The notes beneath the pieces are model-generated. The model saw nothing but the letters and a program-made list of their open reading frames with translations. It made no database searches and was not told where the DNA came from. The translations under genes and the position numbers were made by a program. A DNA stretch of 14,668 bases from an uncultured Planctomycetales bacterium (GTDB lineage: Bacteria > Planctomycetota > Planctomycetia > Isosphaerales > Isosphaeraceae), in contig CALKTZ010001087.1 in NCBI GenBank assembly GCA_937997355.1, positions 1 through 14,668 on the forward strand, given 5' to 3'. Shown here piece by piece: positions 7,570 to 14,505 of this stretch. How positions within the stretch are numbered: position 1 is the first letter of the stretch; each line of letters starts with the position of its first letter.

Positions 7570-7604
7570 TCACAATCCCCATCACCTGGCTAGGCGGATT
7601 GTGA
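7570..7604. promoter_or_regulatory. 9-bp inverted repeat TCACAATCC-n17-GGATTGTGA centred on the CYTH stop codon (7590-7592); candidate protein-binding site or 3'-end structure
   Basis: Seen in sequence. Confidence 0.3.
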
Positions 7605-8201
7605 CGCTCGATCATCCGATCTCGAAGAGTCGGGGAGGGGGCTTGGCACTCCCTGTTCCAGGATCATTCGGAGGTAGGAGCGGGGCTCGGCCTGAGTGAG
7701 CCCCAGGTTGGCGGCCAGGCTCAAGATGGACCCCTGCGCGGCGGCGACTTCCGTTTCCCCGGGCGCGATCGTCTCGACCTCGGCGAAATCTCCCAGCCCT
7801 TCCACATGGTCGAGCACCACGGCGATCTCAAGCCCCTCATACATCAGTTCGAAGGATCGCCGTCGTTTCGTGACGGTGGCCACATGCCGGAACCCCAGGT
7901 GCATGAAGAGCTTCGAGAGTTCTCCGTAAGCCCCGGGGCCATCGGTGAAGCCGATCTCGATTTCTTCGCGGGTTTTGGTCGGCCCGGCGAGCCGAGGACC
8001 CTTGTAGGTGATCCGATTTTCGGAGCCGATCTTCCGGATTCGGAACGCCTCGTGAGATTGTGCGAAATCGCGAGAGGGGTGATTGAGGTAAAAGTCTTCC
8101 TGGATTTCGTCGGGGCCTCGTTTGGCACCGAGTCCTTCGAGGAGTTGGAACAATTGCGCGTGATCGACCGAACGGTACTTGACCTCGATTTCGAAGCTCA
8201 T
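7590..8201 (-). CDS. CYTH-domain protein (class IV adenylyl cyclase CyaB / thiamine-triphosphatase-like triphosphate tunnel metalloenzyme), ~203 aa
   Basis: N-terminal signature 'MSFEIEVKY' (the ExExK motif of the CYTH family) followed by a ~180-aa domain. The maximal ORF (to 8822) is rejected because its 5' 300 nt overlap the flotillin gene, whose frame has the higher GC3. A Met189 start at 8258 is also possible. Confidence 0.7.
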   Translation of the reverse strand: MSFEIEVKYRSVDHAQLFQLLEGLGAKRGPDEIQEDFYLNHPSRDFAQSHEAFRIRKIGSENRITYKGPRLAGPTKTREEIEIGFTDGPGAYGELSKLFMHLGFRHVATVTKRRRSFELMYEGLEIAVVLDHVEGLGDFAEVETIAPGETEVAAAQGSILSLAANLGLTQAEPRSYLRMILEQGVPSPLPDSSRSDDRASQSA

Positions 8202-8519
8202 GACGGGAACATAACCGCAAGCGGGGGGGATTGTCACGCAAATTTCGTCATGAACCATCGCCTTGATCGGTACCGGCCGATTGTTTCCTTTTTTTCTCGG
8301 AATGATCAAAATATTTGGGTTGGTCGGCGAATGTCTTTGAAATCGGGGGAATCCGAACGAGTTCCCGCGAGCCTGGGTGTCCAGGTCAACCGCGATCGTC
8401 CCGTGGTTCTCGAAGCGTGTATCGCTCCGAGGGGCCAATCGCGATCGTCTCACCAGGAGTTCTTGCCGAGGAGCCGTCACGACGTGCCGCGGTGATTCGC
8501 TCCGTTCGGCGTCATCTCG
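8202..8519. promoter_or_regulatory. Divergent promoter region between CYTH (-) and flotillin (+): AT-richer segment 8260-8330 and direct repeat CAAyCGCGATCGTCyC (8391-8400 and 8440-8449 cores)
   Basis: The 10-mer CGCGATCGTC occurs twice, 49 bp apart, with matching flanks. Regulatory role inferred from position. Confidence 0.3.
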
Positions 8520-10766
8520 ATGAACACTCCATTCGTAGGGGTTGCCGGCTTCGATGTCGTTTCCGGACTCCCCTGGTTGCTGCTCGCGCTGTTGGGAATT
8601 GTGGTCCTGCTGGAGATTCTCGGCGTCCGTTACATCTCCAATACCCGCGTCGGGGTGGTGGAAAAGCTCTGGTCGTTCCAGGGCTCGGTCCCGGAAGGGC
8701 GCATCCTCGCACTTGAAGGAGAGGCGGGTTTTCAGGCGGAGCTGCTCCGAGGCGGCCTGCACCTTGGCTACTGGCGTTGGCAGTATCGGATTCATAAGTC
8801 CCCGCTGGTGACCATCCCGCAAGGGAAGATCGGCTACGTCTATGCCCGAGACGGTGAAGCCTTATCCTCCTCTCAGACCCTGGGCCAGGCCGTCGCCTGC
8901 AATCAGTTTCAGGACTCTCGCAGCTTCCTGCTCGGTGAATCGAGCGGTCCCGACCAGGAGCCGAAACGCGGCCAGCGCGGCCGCCAGCGAGAGATCTTGC
9001 GTGAAGGTGTCTACGCGATCAATGTCGCGCTCTTCATGGTGATCACCGAGGACATGGTGTATCGCCTGAATATCGGCGGGTCGAACGAGTTGAAGACGCT
9101 CATCAACTGGCAGGATCAGCTCGCCGGCATGGGGGGCTTCGACCCCGTGGTGATCGGCGGTGCCATCGAAACTCCCGACCCTCTCATGCCGGACAAGAAG
9201 GTTTACGTCGATAGCATCGGCATCGTCACGGTGCATGACGGCCCGTCATTGCCCCCGGGCGAAATCATCGCGCCGGCGGTCGGCTTCGATCGGGCCGACA
9301 AGCACTTCCACAACAACTATCAAGATTCCGAGGCTTTTCTCAAGGCCGGCGGACGTCGAGGGCTGCAATACGTCCCGCTGACGGATGGAACGTATTTCAT
9401 CAATCGATGGTTCGCGACGATCGAGTCGATCCCCAAGACGATCGTCCCCATCGGCTATGTGGGGGTGGTCGTCAGTTACTACGGCCGATCCGGCCACGAC
9501 CTCTCGGGGAACGCCTTCCGGCATGGAGAGCGTGTCTCGGAAGGGGAGCGAGGGGTTCAGGAAAAGCCGCTCGGGCCGGGCAAATATGCGTTCAATACGT
9601 ATGCGGGGAACATCGTCCTGGTGCCGACCACCAATTTCGTGCTGCACTGGGTGACGGGCCGGACCGAATCGCACCGCTATGACGAAAGCCTCCGCTCGAT
9701 CGACCTGGTCACCCGAGATGCCTATGAACCGACGCTCCCCCTCTCCGTCGTGGTTCACATCGATTATCAGAAAGCCCCGAGCGTGATCCAGCGCTTCGGC
9801 GACGTGAAGAAGCTGATCACGCAGACCCTCGACCCCATGCTCAGCGCCTATTTCCGCGATGTCGCCCACAAGCGGACGATGCTGGAACTGCTCCACGAGC
9901 GAGACTCGATCCAGAAGGAGTCGAGCGACGAGCTTGGCCGAAAATTCCACAATTTCGACATCGAGTGCGTCGACGTTTTGATCGGCAAGCCCGACACTCA
10001 GGCCGCCGGGGGGAAGATCGAGACGCTCCTGGAACAGCTCCGCTTGCGTCAGCTTTCGCTGGAACAGGTGGAAACCTACTCGAAGCAGGTGGCCGCCGCC
10101 GAGAAGTTCCGGGTCTTCAACGAAGCCCAGGCGATGGCCCAGATGCAAACCGAGTTGACGAACTCCCTGGTGCGGGTGCGGATCACCGAAAACGAGGCGG
10201 AGGCCCAGCTGGCCAAGGCCCGCAAGCAGGCCGAGCAGGTGATCGTCACGGCCGAGGCCGAGAGCCGTTCCCGCATCCTGGCGGGCCGAGGGCAGGGGGC
10301 CCAGATCCTCCAGACAGGTCTTTCCGAGGCCTCCGTGCTCACCCGCAAGATCCAGTCCTATTCCGATCCTCGGCTCTATGCCCTGGGGCTTGTCGCCGAG
10401 CAGCTTTCCCGGGCCTCGCAGCCTCTGGTTCCGGAACGGGTCTTCATCGCCGGTTCGGGGGGTAACGGCCATGGAGGGGACGGATCGTCGGTGACCGATG
10501 GAGTCGCCGGCGCGGGGAGCGGCATCCTGGGGCTGCTGCTCAACCTCCTCGTCGCCGAGAAATCGGGCTTCGCGCTCGCCGAAAATGGGAATGGCGGTGA
10601 TGGACTGCCCCTGGAGTTCACCGATGAAATGTCGCGCCAGGTGATGGCCGCCATGAAGGAAACCCTGGCCTCGAACGGCTCGAACCCCGGACTCCAGGAC
10701 ACGAGCCGGGATGCGAAGCCGGAGATTCCCTTGACCGAGGAGCCGGTCGCGATCGAATCGGTTTGA
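8520..10766 (+). CDS. Flotillin-family (SPFH/band-7) membrane-scaffold protein, long form (748 aa) with N-terminal TM anchor, split/expanded SPFH region, flotillin coiled-coil (EA repeats) and Gly-rich C-terminal tail
   Basis: TM helix 'LPWLLLALLGIVVLLEIL'. 'GVRYISNTRVGVVEK' resembles the FloT/YqiK N-terminus. Coiled-coil 'ENEAEAQLAKARKQAEQVIVTAEAESRSRILAGRGQGAQ'. C-terminal 'VPERVFIAGSGGNG' resembles FloT 'ITVVDTGGSGE'. GC3 ~80% in the two segments checked. Confidence 0.85.
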   Translation: MNTPFVGVAGFDVVSGLPWLLLALLGIVVLLEILGVRYISNTRVGVVEKLWSFQGSVPEGRILALEGEAGFQAELLRGGLHLGYWRWQYRIHKSPLVTIPQGKIGYVYARDGEALSSSQTLGQAVACNQFQDSRSFLLGESSGPDQEPKRGQRGRQREILREGVYAINVALFMVITEDMVYRLNIGGSNELKTLINWQDQLAGMGGFDPVVIGGAIETPDPLMPDKKVYVDSIGIVTVHDGPSLPPGEIIAPAVGFDRADKHFHNNYQDSEAFLKAGGRRGLQYVPLTDGTYFINRWFATIESIPKTIVPIGYVGVVVSYYGRSGHDLSGNAFRHGERVSEGERGVQEKPLGPGKYAFNTYAGNIVLVPTTNFVLHWVTGRTESHRYDESLRSIDLVTRDAYEPTLPLSVVVHIDYQKAPSVIQRFGDVKKLITQTLDPMLSAYFRDVAHKRTMLELLHERDSIQKESSDELGRKFHNFDIECVDVLIGKPDTQAAGGKIETLLEQLRLRQLSLEQVETYSKQVAAAEKFRVFNEAQAMAQMQTELTNSLVRVRITENEAEAQLAKARKQAEQVIVTAEAESRSRILAGRGQGAQILQTGLSEASVLTRKIQSYSDPRLYALGLVAEQLSRASQPLVPERVFIAGSGGNGHGGDGSSVTDGVAGAGSGILGLLLNLLVAEKSGFALAENGNGGDGLPLEFTDEMSRQVMAAMKETLASNGSNPGLQDTSRDAKPEIPLTEEPVAIESV

Positions 10767-10789
10767 TCGATGTCCGATTTCCTCGACTC

Positions 10790-10820
10790 CGAAGTGCCCA
10801 TGAACATCATGGGCACTTCG
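10790..10820. terminator. Perfect 13-bp-stem hairpin (cgaagtgcccatg-aacat-catgggcacttcg) between convergent flotillin and ThuA-like genes; putative bidirectional terminator (no U-tract)
   Basis: Seen in sequence; 24 nt after the flotillin stop and 14 nt after the ThuA-like stop. Confidence 0.45.
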
Positions 10821-10833
10821 CGTTGAACCGATG

Positions 10834-11823
10834 TCACGATCCCTTCGGGCCGGTGGGCTCCGCCGATTTTGGGGACGCCAGCCATCGGACGGCGTTTGTC
10901 AGGATACGTAGCGGGATGGGCTCCTTGAAGACCGGGAAGGTTTCGTGTCCCGGCCGAAAGTAGAAGACCCGGCCTTTCCCGAGTTGCCAGACCATGCCGC
11001 TGCGGAACCATTCGCCGGGTTCCCAGCGCTCTTCCAGGATCACCTCGTCCGGCTCTGGGACATGGAACGGCTCGTCGTACATCTCCGTCCGGGAGACCTT
11101 GAATGCGGAGGGGACATCCCTGGCGATCGGGTGATCGGGCTTGAGAACCTTCACGCTGCTGGGCTTGCCGTCCGGCCGGTAGGCCGGGAAGCAGCAGTTC
11201 GGCAACCGGACCTCGATCTTCCGCGCGCCGTCCGGGAATTTGCGGACCCTGGCGAACGGGGTCGGCCGGGCCTCGTACGAAGGGGCCTGATATCGTGGTT
11301 TGGGGGGAGTATAGGTGATTTCTACTTTACCTTCCCCCGGCACGCGATAGGCCCGTTCGGCATCCTGCCGGGTCCGCTCGTTCATCGCCTCGACGAACGG
11401 GGTCGACCAGTGCGCCGAATGGAGGGCGATCAGCGAGAGGTTTCCCGACAAAATCCGGGCGACGATGCGCCTGCCCGTTTCCGGCGTCACCTCGGCCTGC
11501 CGGATGTGCCCCCACCAGATGAGCACGTCGGTGTTGCCGAGAGACTCATCCGAAAGGCCCTGATCGAGATCGTCGAGCGCGACGGATTTGACCGAGAGAT
11601 CCGGGTGAGTGCGCAGATGCTCGGCGATCTGGTTCCCCAGAAAATTTTCGTAGACTTGCTTCTGCTGGGGTTGCCTCTCATCCCAGACGATCACCCGGAT
11701 TTGACGAGCCGGGGGGGCGGACAAGGTGCTCGCCCGGAGGATGGAAGAATCCGTAAGCAGGTTCGCACCGGCGACAATCGCCGAACCTTTGACGAAATCG
11801 CGGCGACCTTGCGAGAAGTTCAT
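10834..11823 (-). CDS. ThuA-like (trehalose-utilisation ThuA family, class-I glutamine-amidotransferase-like fold) protein with twin-arginine (Tat) signal peptide
   Basis: 'MNFSQGRRDFVKGSAIVAGANLL' Tat motif. 'IRVIVWDERQ', 'VLIWWGH', 'LIALHSAHWS', 'GKGRVFYFRPGHETFP' resemble conserved ThuA family blocks. Confidence 0.8.
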   Translation of the reverse strand: MNFSQGRRDFVKGSAIVAGANLLTDSSILRASTLSAPPARQIRVIVWDERQPQQKQVYENFLGNQIAEHLRTHPDLSVKSVALDDLDQGLSDESLGNTDVLIWWGHIRQAEVTPETGRRIVARILSGNLSLIALHSAHWSTPFVEAMNERTRQDAERAYRVPGEGKVEITYTPPKPRYQAPSYEARPTPFARVRKFPDGARKIEVRLPNCCFPAYRPDGKPSSVKVLKPDHPIARDVPSAFKVSRTEMYDEPFHVPEPDEVILEERWEPGEWFRSGMVWQLGKGRVFYFRPGHETFPVFKEPIPLRILTNAVRWLASPKSAEPTGPKGS

Positions 11824-11847
11824 CCGTTCCAGGCTCCGGAGGAGATC

Positions 11848-11885
11848 GGGACAATCATTCGGATTCTTGGGTGAATCATTGTCCC
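11848..11885. terminator. Imperfect inverted repeat (gggacaatcatt-n14-aatcattgtccc, 11/12 bp) in the 5'UTR of the ThuA-like gene and 3' of the PEP-CTERM gene; possible terminator or operator
   Basis: Seen in sequence; no U-tract. Confidence 0.3.
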
Positions 11886-11919
11886 GAACGTCGGGAGCGT
11901 CTGCAATCGGGGCGTTCGT

Positions 11920-12501
11920 TCAGCCCGATCGGCGGCGGCGCCACGCCATGACGGCGGCGGCGCCGATTCCCAGCAAGGCGACGGATGACGGTTCGGGGAC
12001 ATGCACCGCATCGTAGACGATCAGGTAGCCGGTGATGTTGCGATTGGCGTCGGCGGTCACCGAGAGGGTCAGCGTGAAACGATCGAGGTGATTTCCGCCC
12101 GTGGTCAGCGGGTGCATGGCCATGTCGGTCTTTTCCACGACGAAGGTCCCGGCGGTCCCCGTCGCGAGATAGGTCACCATGAGGTTTCCGGCGAGGGGGT
12201 TGGGATTGACGTCGGTGGGGTCGGGGCCGAGGAGATGCCGGATGCCCCAGGAGACCGTGATCGACTGGGCGGCACCCGACGCGTCCTCGACGATCGTCGA
12301 GTTCGAATCCCAGGGAGTGCCCGGGATATCATTCAGGAGATGGGTGTCCCCGAAGGTCCCCCCCGTGTTGGTCACGACCGTGCGGAAGTGAGGCGGGATG
12401 TCGAAGACGTTGTTAATCGAGATCGAGTCGGCGAGTGCGGGATTCGCCGTGAACACGATCAATAGACCGCAGATCCAACCCGAAGAATTCCGACGGAACA
12501 T
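11920..12501 (-). CDS. PEP-CTERM sorting-domain protein (exosortase substrate) with N-terminal signal peptide
   Basis: C-terminus 'VPEPSSVALLGIGAAAVMAWRRRRSG' is the PEP motif followed by a TM helix and an Arg cluster. Start chosen at Met18 ('MFRRNSSGWICGLLIVFTANPALA'), with GGGAGGA 7 nt upstream. Confidence 0.8.
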   Translation of the reverse strand: MFRRNSSGWICGLLIVFTANPALADSISINNVFDIPPHFRTVVTNTGGTFGDTHLLNDIPGTPWDSNSTIVEDASGAAQSITVSWGIRHLLGPDPTDVNPNPLAGNLMVTYLATGTAGTFVVEKTDMAMHPLTTGGNHLDRFTLTLSVTADANRNITGYLIVYDAVHVPEPSSVALLGIGAAAVMAWRRRRSG

Positions 12502-12797
12502 CGCGGTATCCTCCCGTGGGGCAGACCGGGCGAACGAATTCTTGGCGACCATCGATTGCGCACGATGGGCGGTGGGGCATCGGCCCGGCCTGCAAGAATT
12601 CGTGCCGCGCCCTTTGACGCTTGATTTGCGTTGTCGCGAGGTGTCTTTCCGAACGAAGCGCGAGCCTAGCTCGACGAATTCTTTCTTTCAATACGTGCGA
12701 CGGCTGGTTTGATCGGGATTTTCCGCTTATGTTGATTTCAGGAAACAGTGCATGTGAGATTGGAAGGCAGATTGTCCGCTCTGCCGAAGCGGATCGT

Positions 12798-13304
12798 TCA
12801 GACGTCCTGAAAAGGGGCAGGATACTTGAGTTCGCCGGACACTCCGTCCAGGGCGCCTGGGACCAACTCAAGGGCCATCAGGGCCGGACCGGCATAGGCG
12901 CAAGTCAGTGGCTCGGCCAAGCTGGCCGAGAATCCGAATCGCGGGTAGTAATCGACGTGACCGAGCACGACGACGATGTGGTGCCCCAGAGATTTGCAGA
13001 GACGCAATCCCTCTTGCACCAATGCCGTGCCGATCCCCCGACGTTGGTGGTCCGGCAGGACGGCCATGGGTGCCAGCGAAAGGGCATCGATGACTCCTTC
13101 AGCCGTTTGAATCGGGAGTTCGCTGAACAGGATGTGCCCGACGATCAGACCGTCCTCCTCCGCGACGAGCGACAGCCGGGCGTATCCCCCATCTCGGAGG
13201 TCGTCGACCAGTTTCCCCTCGGCCTCCTGGCCGAAGGCACCCCGATTCACCCGGCGGATTGCATCGAAGTCGGCATCGGTTTCGGTACGAATGATCATCG
13301 GCAT
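12798..13304 (-). CDS. GNAT-family N-acetyltransferase, YhbS/COG3153-like
   Basis: 'RRGIGTALV' acetyl-CoA-binding motif and 'GHVDYYPRFGF' signature. Start at Met19 ('MPMIIRTE'), 11 nt after the MBL gene stop. Confidence 0.8.
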   Translation of the reverse strand: MPMIIRTETDADFDAIRRVNRGAFGQEAEGKLVDDLRDGGYARLSLVAEEDGLIVGHILFSELPIQTAEGVIDALSLAPMAVLPDHQRRGIGTALVQEGLRLCKSLGHHIVVVLGHVDYYPRFGFSASLAEPLTCAYAGPALMALELVPGALDGVSGELKYPAPFQDV

Positions 13305-13315
13305 GTTTTCCGTAA

Positions 13316-14080
13316 TTAGGATTCGATCGATGATTGCGAGGCGTCGTGATAGCAGCACACGTCGATGACGTCCGCATGGTCTCGCACGATTCGGCGCAAT
13401 TCCTCCAGGCTCTGCATTCTCAAGGCGTTGTCGTCGGCTCGTTGCGCGGCGAGGGTCGAGACGGGGTGATCGTCCCGCTCCAGTTCGATTTGCAGATAAA
13501 TCGAATCGCCGGCATGCAAGAGCCAGCGGTTATCTTGTCGGATCGCCACGCCGCAATGACCCCTGGTATGGCCGAACAAGGGGATCAAATGAACGTCGCC
13601 CATGGAGCCGAACGGGATTGGTCGAGCCTCCAGGCCATACCATCGCTCGGTCGAGGAGCCATGAGCTTTCCATGTCGGCGAGTGCTCGAAGTGAGGAGGA
13701 CGATAACGCCACCAGCCGTCCTGAATCCTGGAAAGCTCTTCCCGCGAGATATGCACGGTTGCCTCGGGGAAATCGGCCAGGCCCCCCGTGTGGTCGGGAT
13801 CGCCGTGCGTCAGGATGATGTGTCGAACATCGGAGGCCCGATAGCCGAGTTCTTCGATGCGACGAACCGCCGTATCCTGCTCGTCGAACTGGAAGCCCGC
13901 CAGTTCGATCAGTTGCTGCCCGATTCGTTCGGTGGGGTCCCGAACGTCGAGTAACCCGATGCCAGTATCCACGATCGCCAGCTCGCGATCCTCCGCGAGC
14001 AACAAACACCGGCAAGGGACATAGCCGAAGCCGGGGGCGGAGAGCGACCCGCAGTTCATGGAATGGATTTGGATCGTCAT
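13316..14080 (-). CDS. MBL-fold metallo-hydrolase (beta-lactamase superfamily)
   Basis: 'ILTHGDPDHTGG' (HxHxDH-type metal motif), plus downstream His and Asp ligands ('GHTRGH', 'HAGD'). Start at Met5 (AGGA upstream) or Met1 at 14092. Confidence 0.8.
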   Translation of the reverse strand: MTIQIHSMNCGSLSAPGFGYVPCRCLLLAEDRELAIVDTGIGLLDVRDPTERIGQQLIELAGFQFDEQDTAVRRIEELGYRASDVRHIILTHGDPDHTGGLADFPEATVHISREELSRIQDGWWRYRPPHFEHSPTWKAHGSSTERWYGLEARPIPFGSMGDVHLIPLFGHTRGHCGVAIRQDNRWLLHAGDSIYLQIELERDDHPVSTLAAQRADDNALRMQSLEELRRIVRDHADVIDVCCYHDASQSSIES

Positions 14081-14224
14081 CGAGTTCCTCATCGATTGTG
14101 CCGCGAGCCGAAGGAATGATGGCCCATTGTTTACGGTAATAGCTGAATACCTACCGAGACAACCGCGAAGAAAGCAGCATTCCTACAGCCCAATCAGCAA
14201 GAACCCCAGACGAGCACGCGACTA

Positions 14225-14306
14225 TTCCTCGACTCTGTTTTCTTTTGTTTAAATTCTTTATATTTCCTAGAGCGCCTAGTATAGTATTGTTTTCGATGCA
14301 AATTTA
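14225..14306. promoter_or_regulatory. Strongly AT-rich island (~30% GC) between divergent MBL (-) and rpsR (+) genes; probable promoter/UP-element region for the ribosomal-protein transcript; -10-like TATAGT/TATATT elements
   Basis: Seen: 'ttttgtttaaattctttatatttcctagagcgcctagtatagtattgttttcgatgcaaattta'. Function inferred from position. Confidence 0.35.
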
Positions 14307-14394
14307 GCGCCAGGGTCGGAATGAGACGCTTGACTCCTGACGATGCTGGAAATAAGCTGGTAGGTTCTTCGATTTGATCAGACGGACCGCGAGT

Positions 14395-14434
14395 CGGGGA
14401 CCGCTTCGAGGACCTCGCAGTCCCCGTTTTCTCC
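14395..14434 (+). promoter_or_regulatory. Structured 5' leader of rpsR: GC hairpin (cggggac...gtccccg, 7-bp stem) followed by UUUUCUCC, a terminator- or attenuator-like element; a second hairpin (cccgac-tcccat-gtcggg) follows
   Basis: Seen in sequence ~70-110 nt upstream of the rpsR ATG. Function inferred. Confidence 0.35.
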
Positions 14435-14505
14435 TCCCGACTCCCATGTCGGGTGTGGGTTGAAACTCAGGAAGTTGTTCGCCAGCGACAGAGGACGACA
14501 GGTTT

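Noticed and set aside
8202-8822. N-terminal 207 aa of the maximal 410-aa ORF 7590-8822 (-)
   Set aside because: This region overlaps the flotillin gene on the opposite strand by 300 nt. The flotillin frame shows ~80% GC3 in 8581-8640 versus ~65% for the minus frame. The CYTH domain begins exactly at Met208, with the family's N-terminal ExExK motif. The upstream extension has no features.
9246-10472. 408-aa minus-strand ORF and 9965-10465 + ORF inside the flotillin gene
   Set aside because: Antisense and off-frame shadow ORFs (Gly/Arg/Pro-rich) within a confidently assigned flotillin coding region.
10945-11874. 309-aa + strand ORF antisense to the ThuA-like gene
   Set aside because: Arg/Pro-rich shadow ORF. 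The ThuA-like frame has a Tat signal and conserved ThuA blocks.
7597-14105. Recurrent GATTGT[GC][AC]CGC-like word at 7597-7607, 8229-8239 and 14094-14105 near gene ends/starts
   Set aside because: Only three loose matches, at inconsistent distances from start codons (-2 versus -28) and in mixed contexts. With ~29 kb of two-strand sequence this is within chance expectation for a degenerate 9-11-mer.
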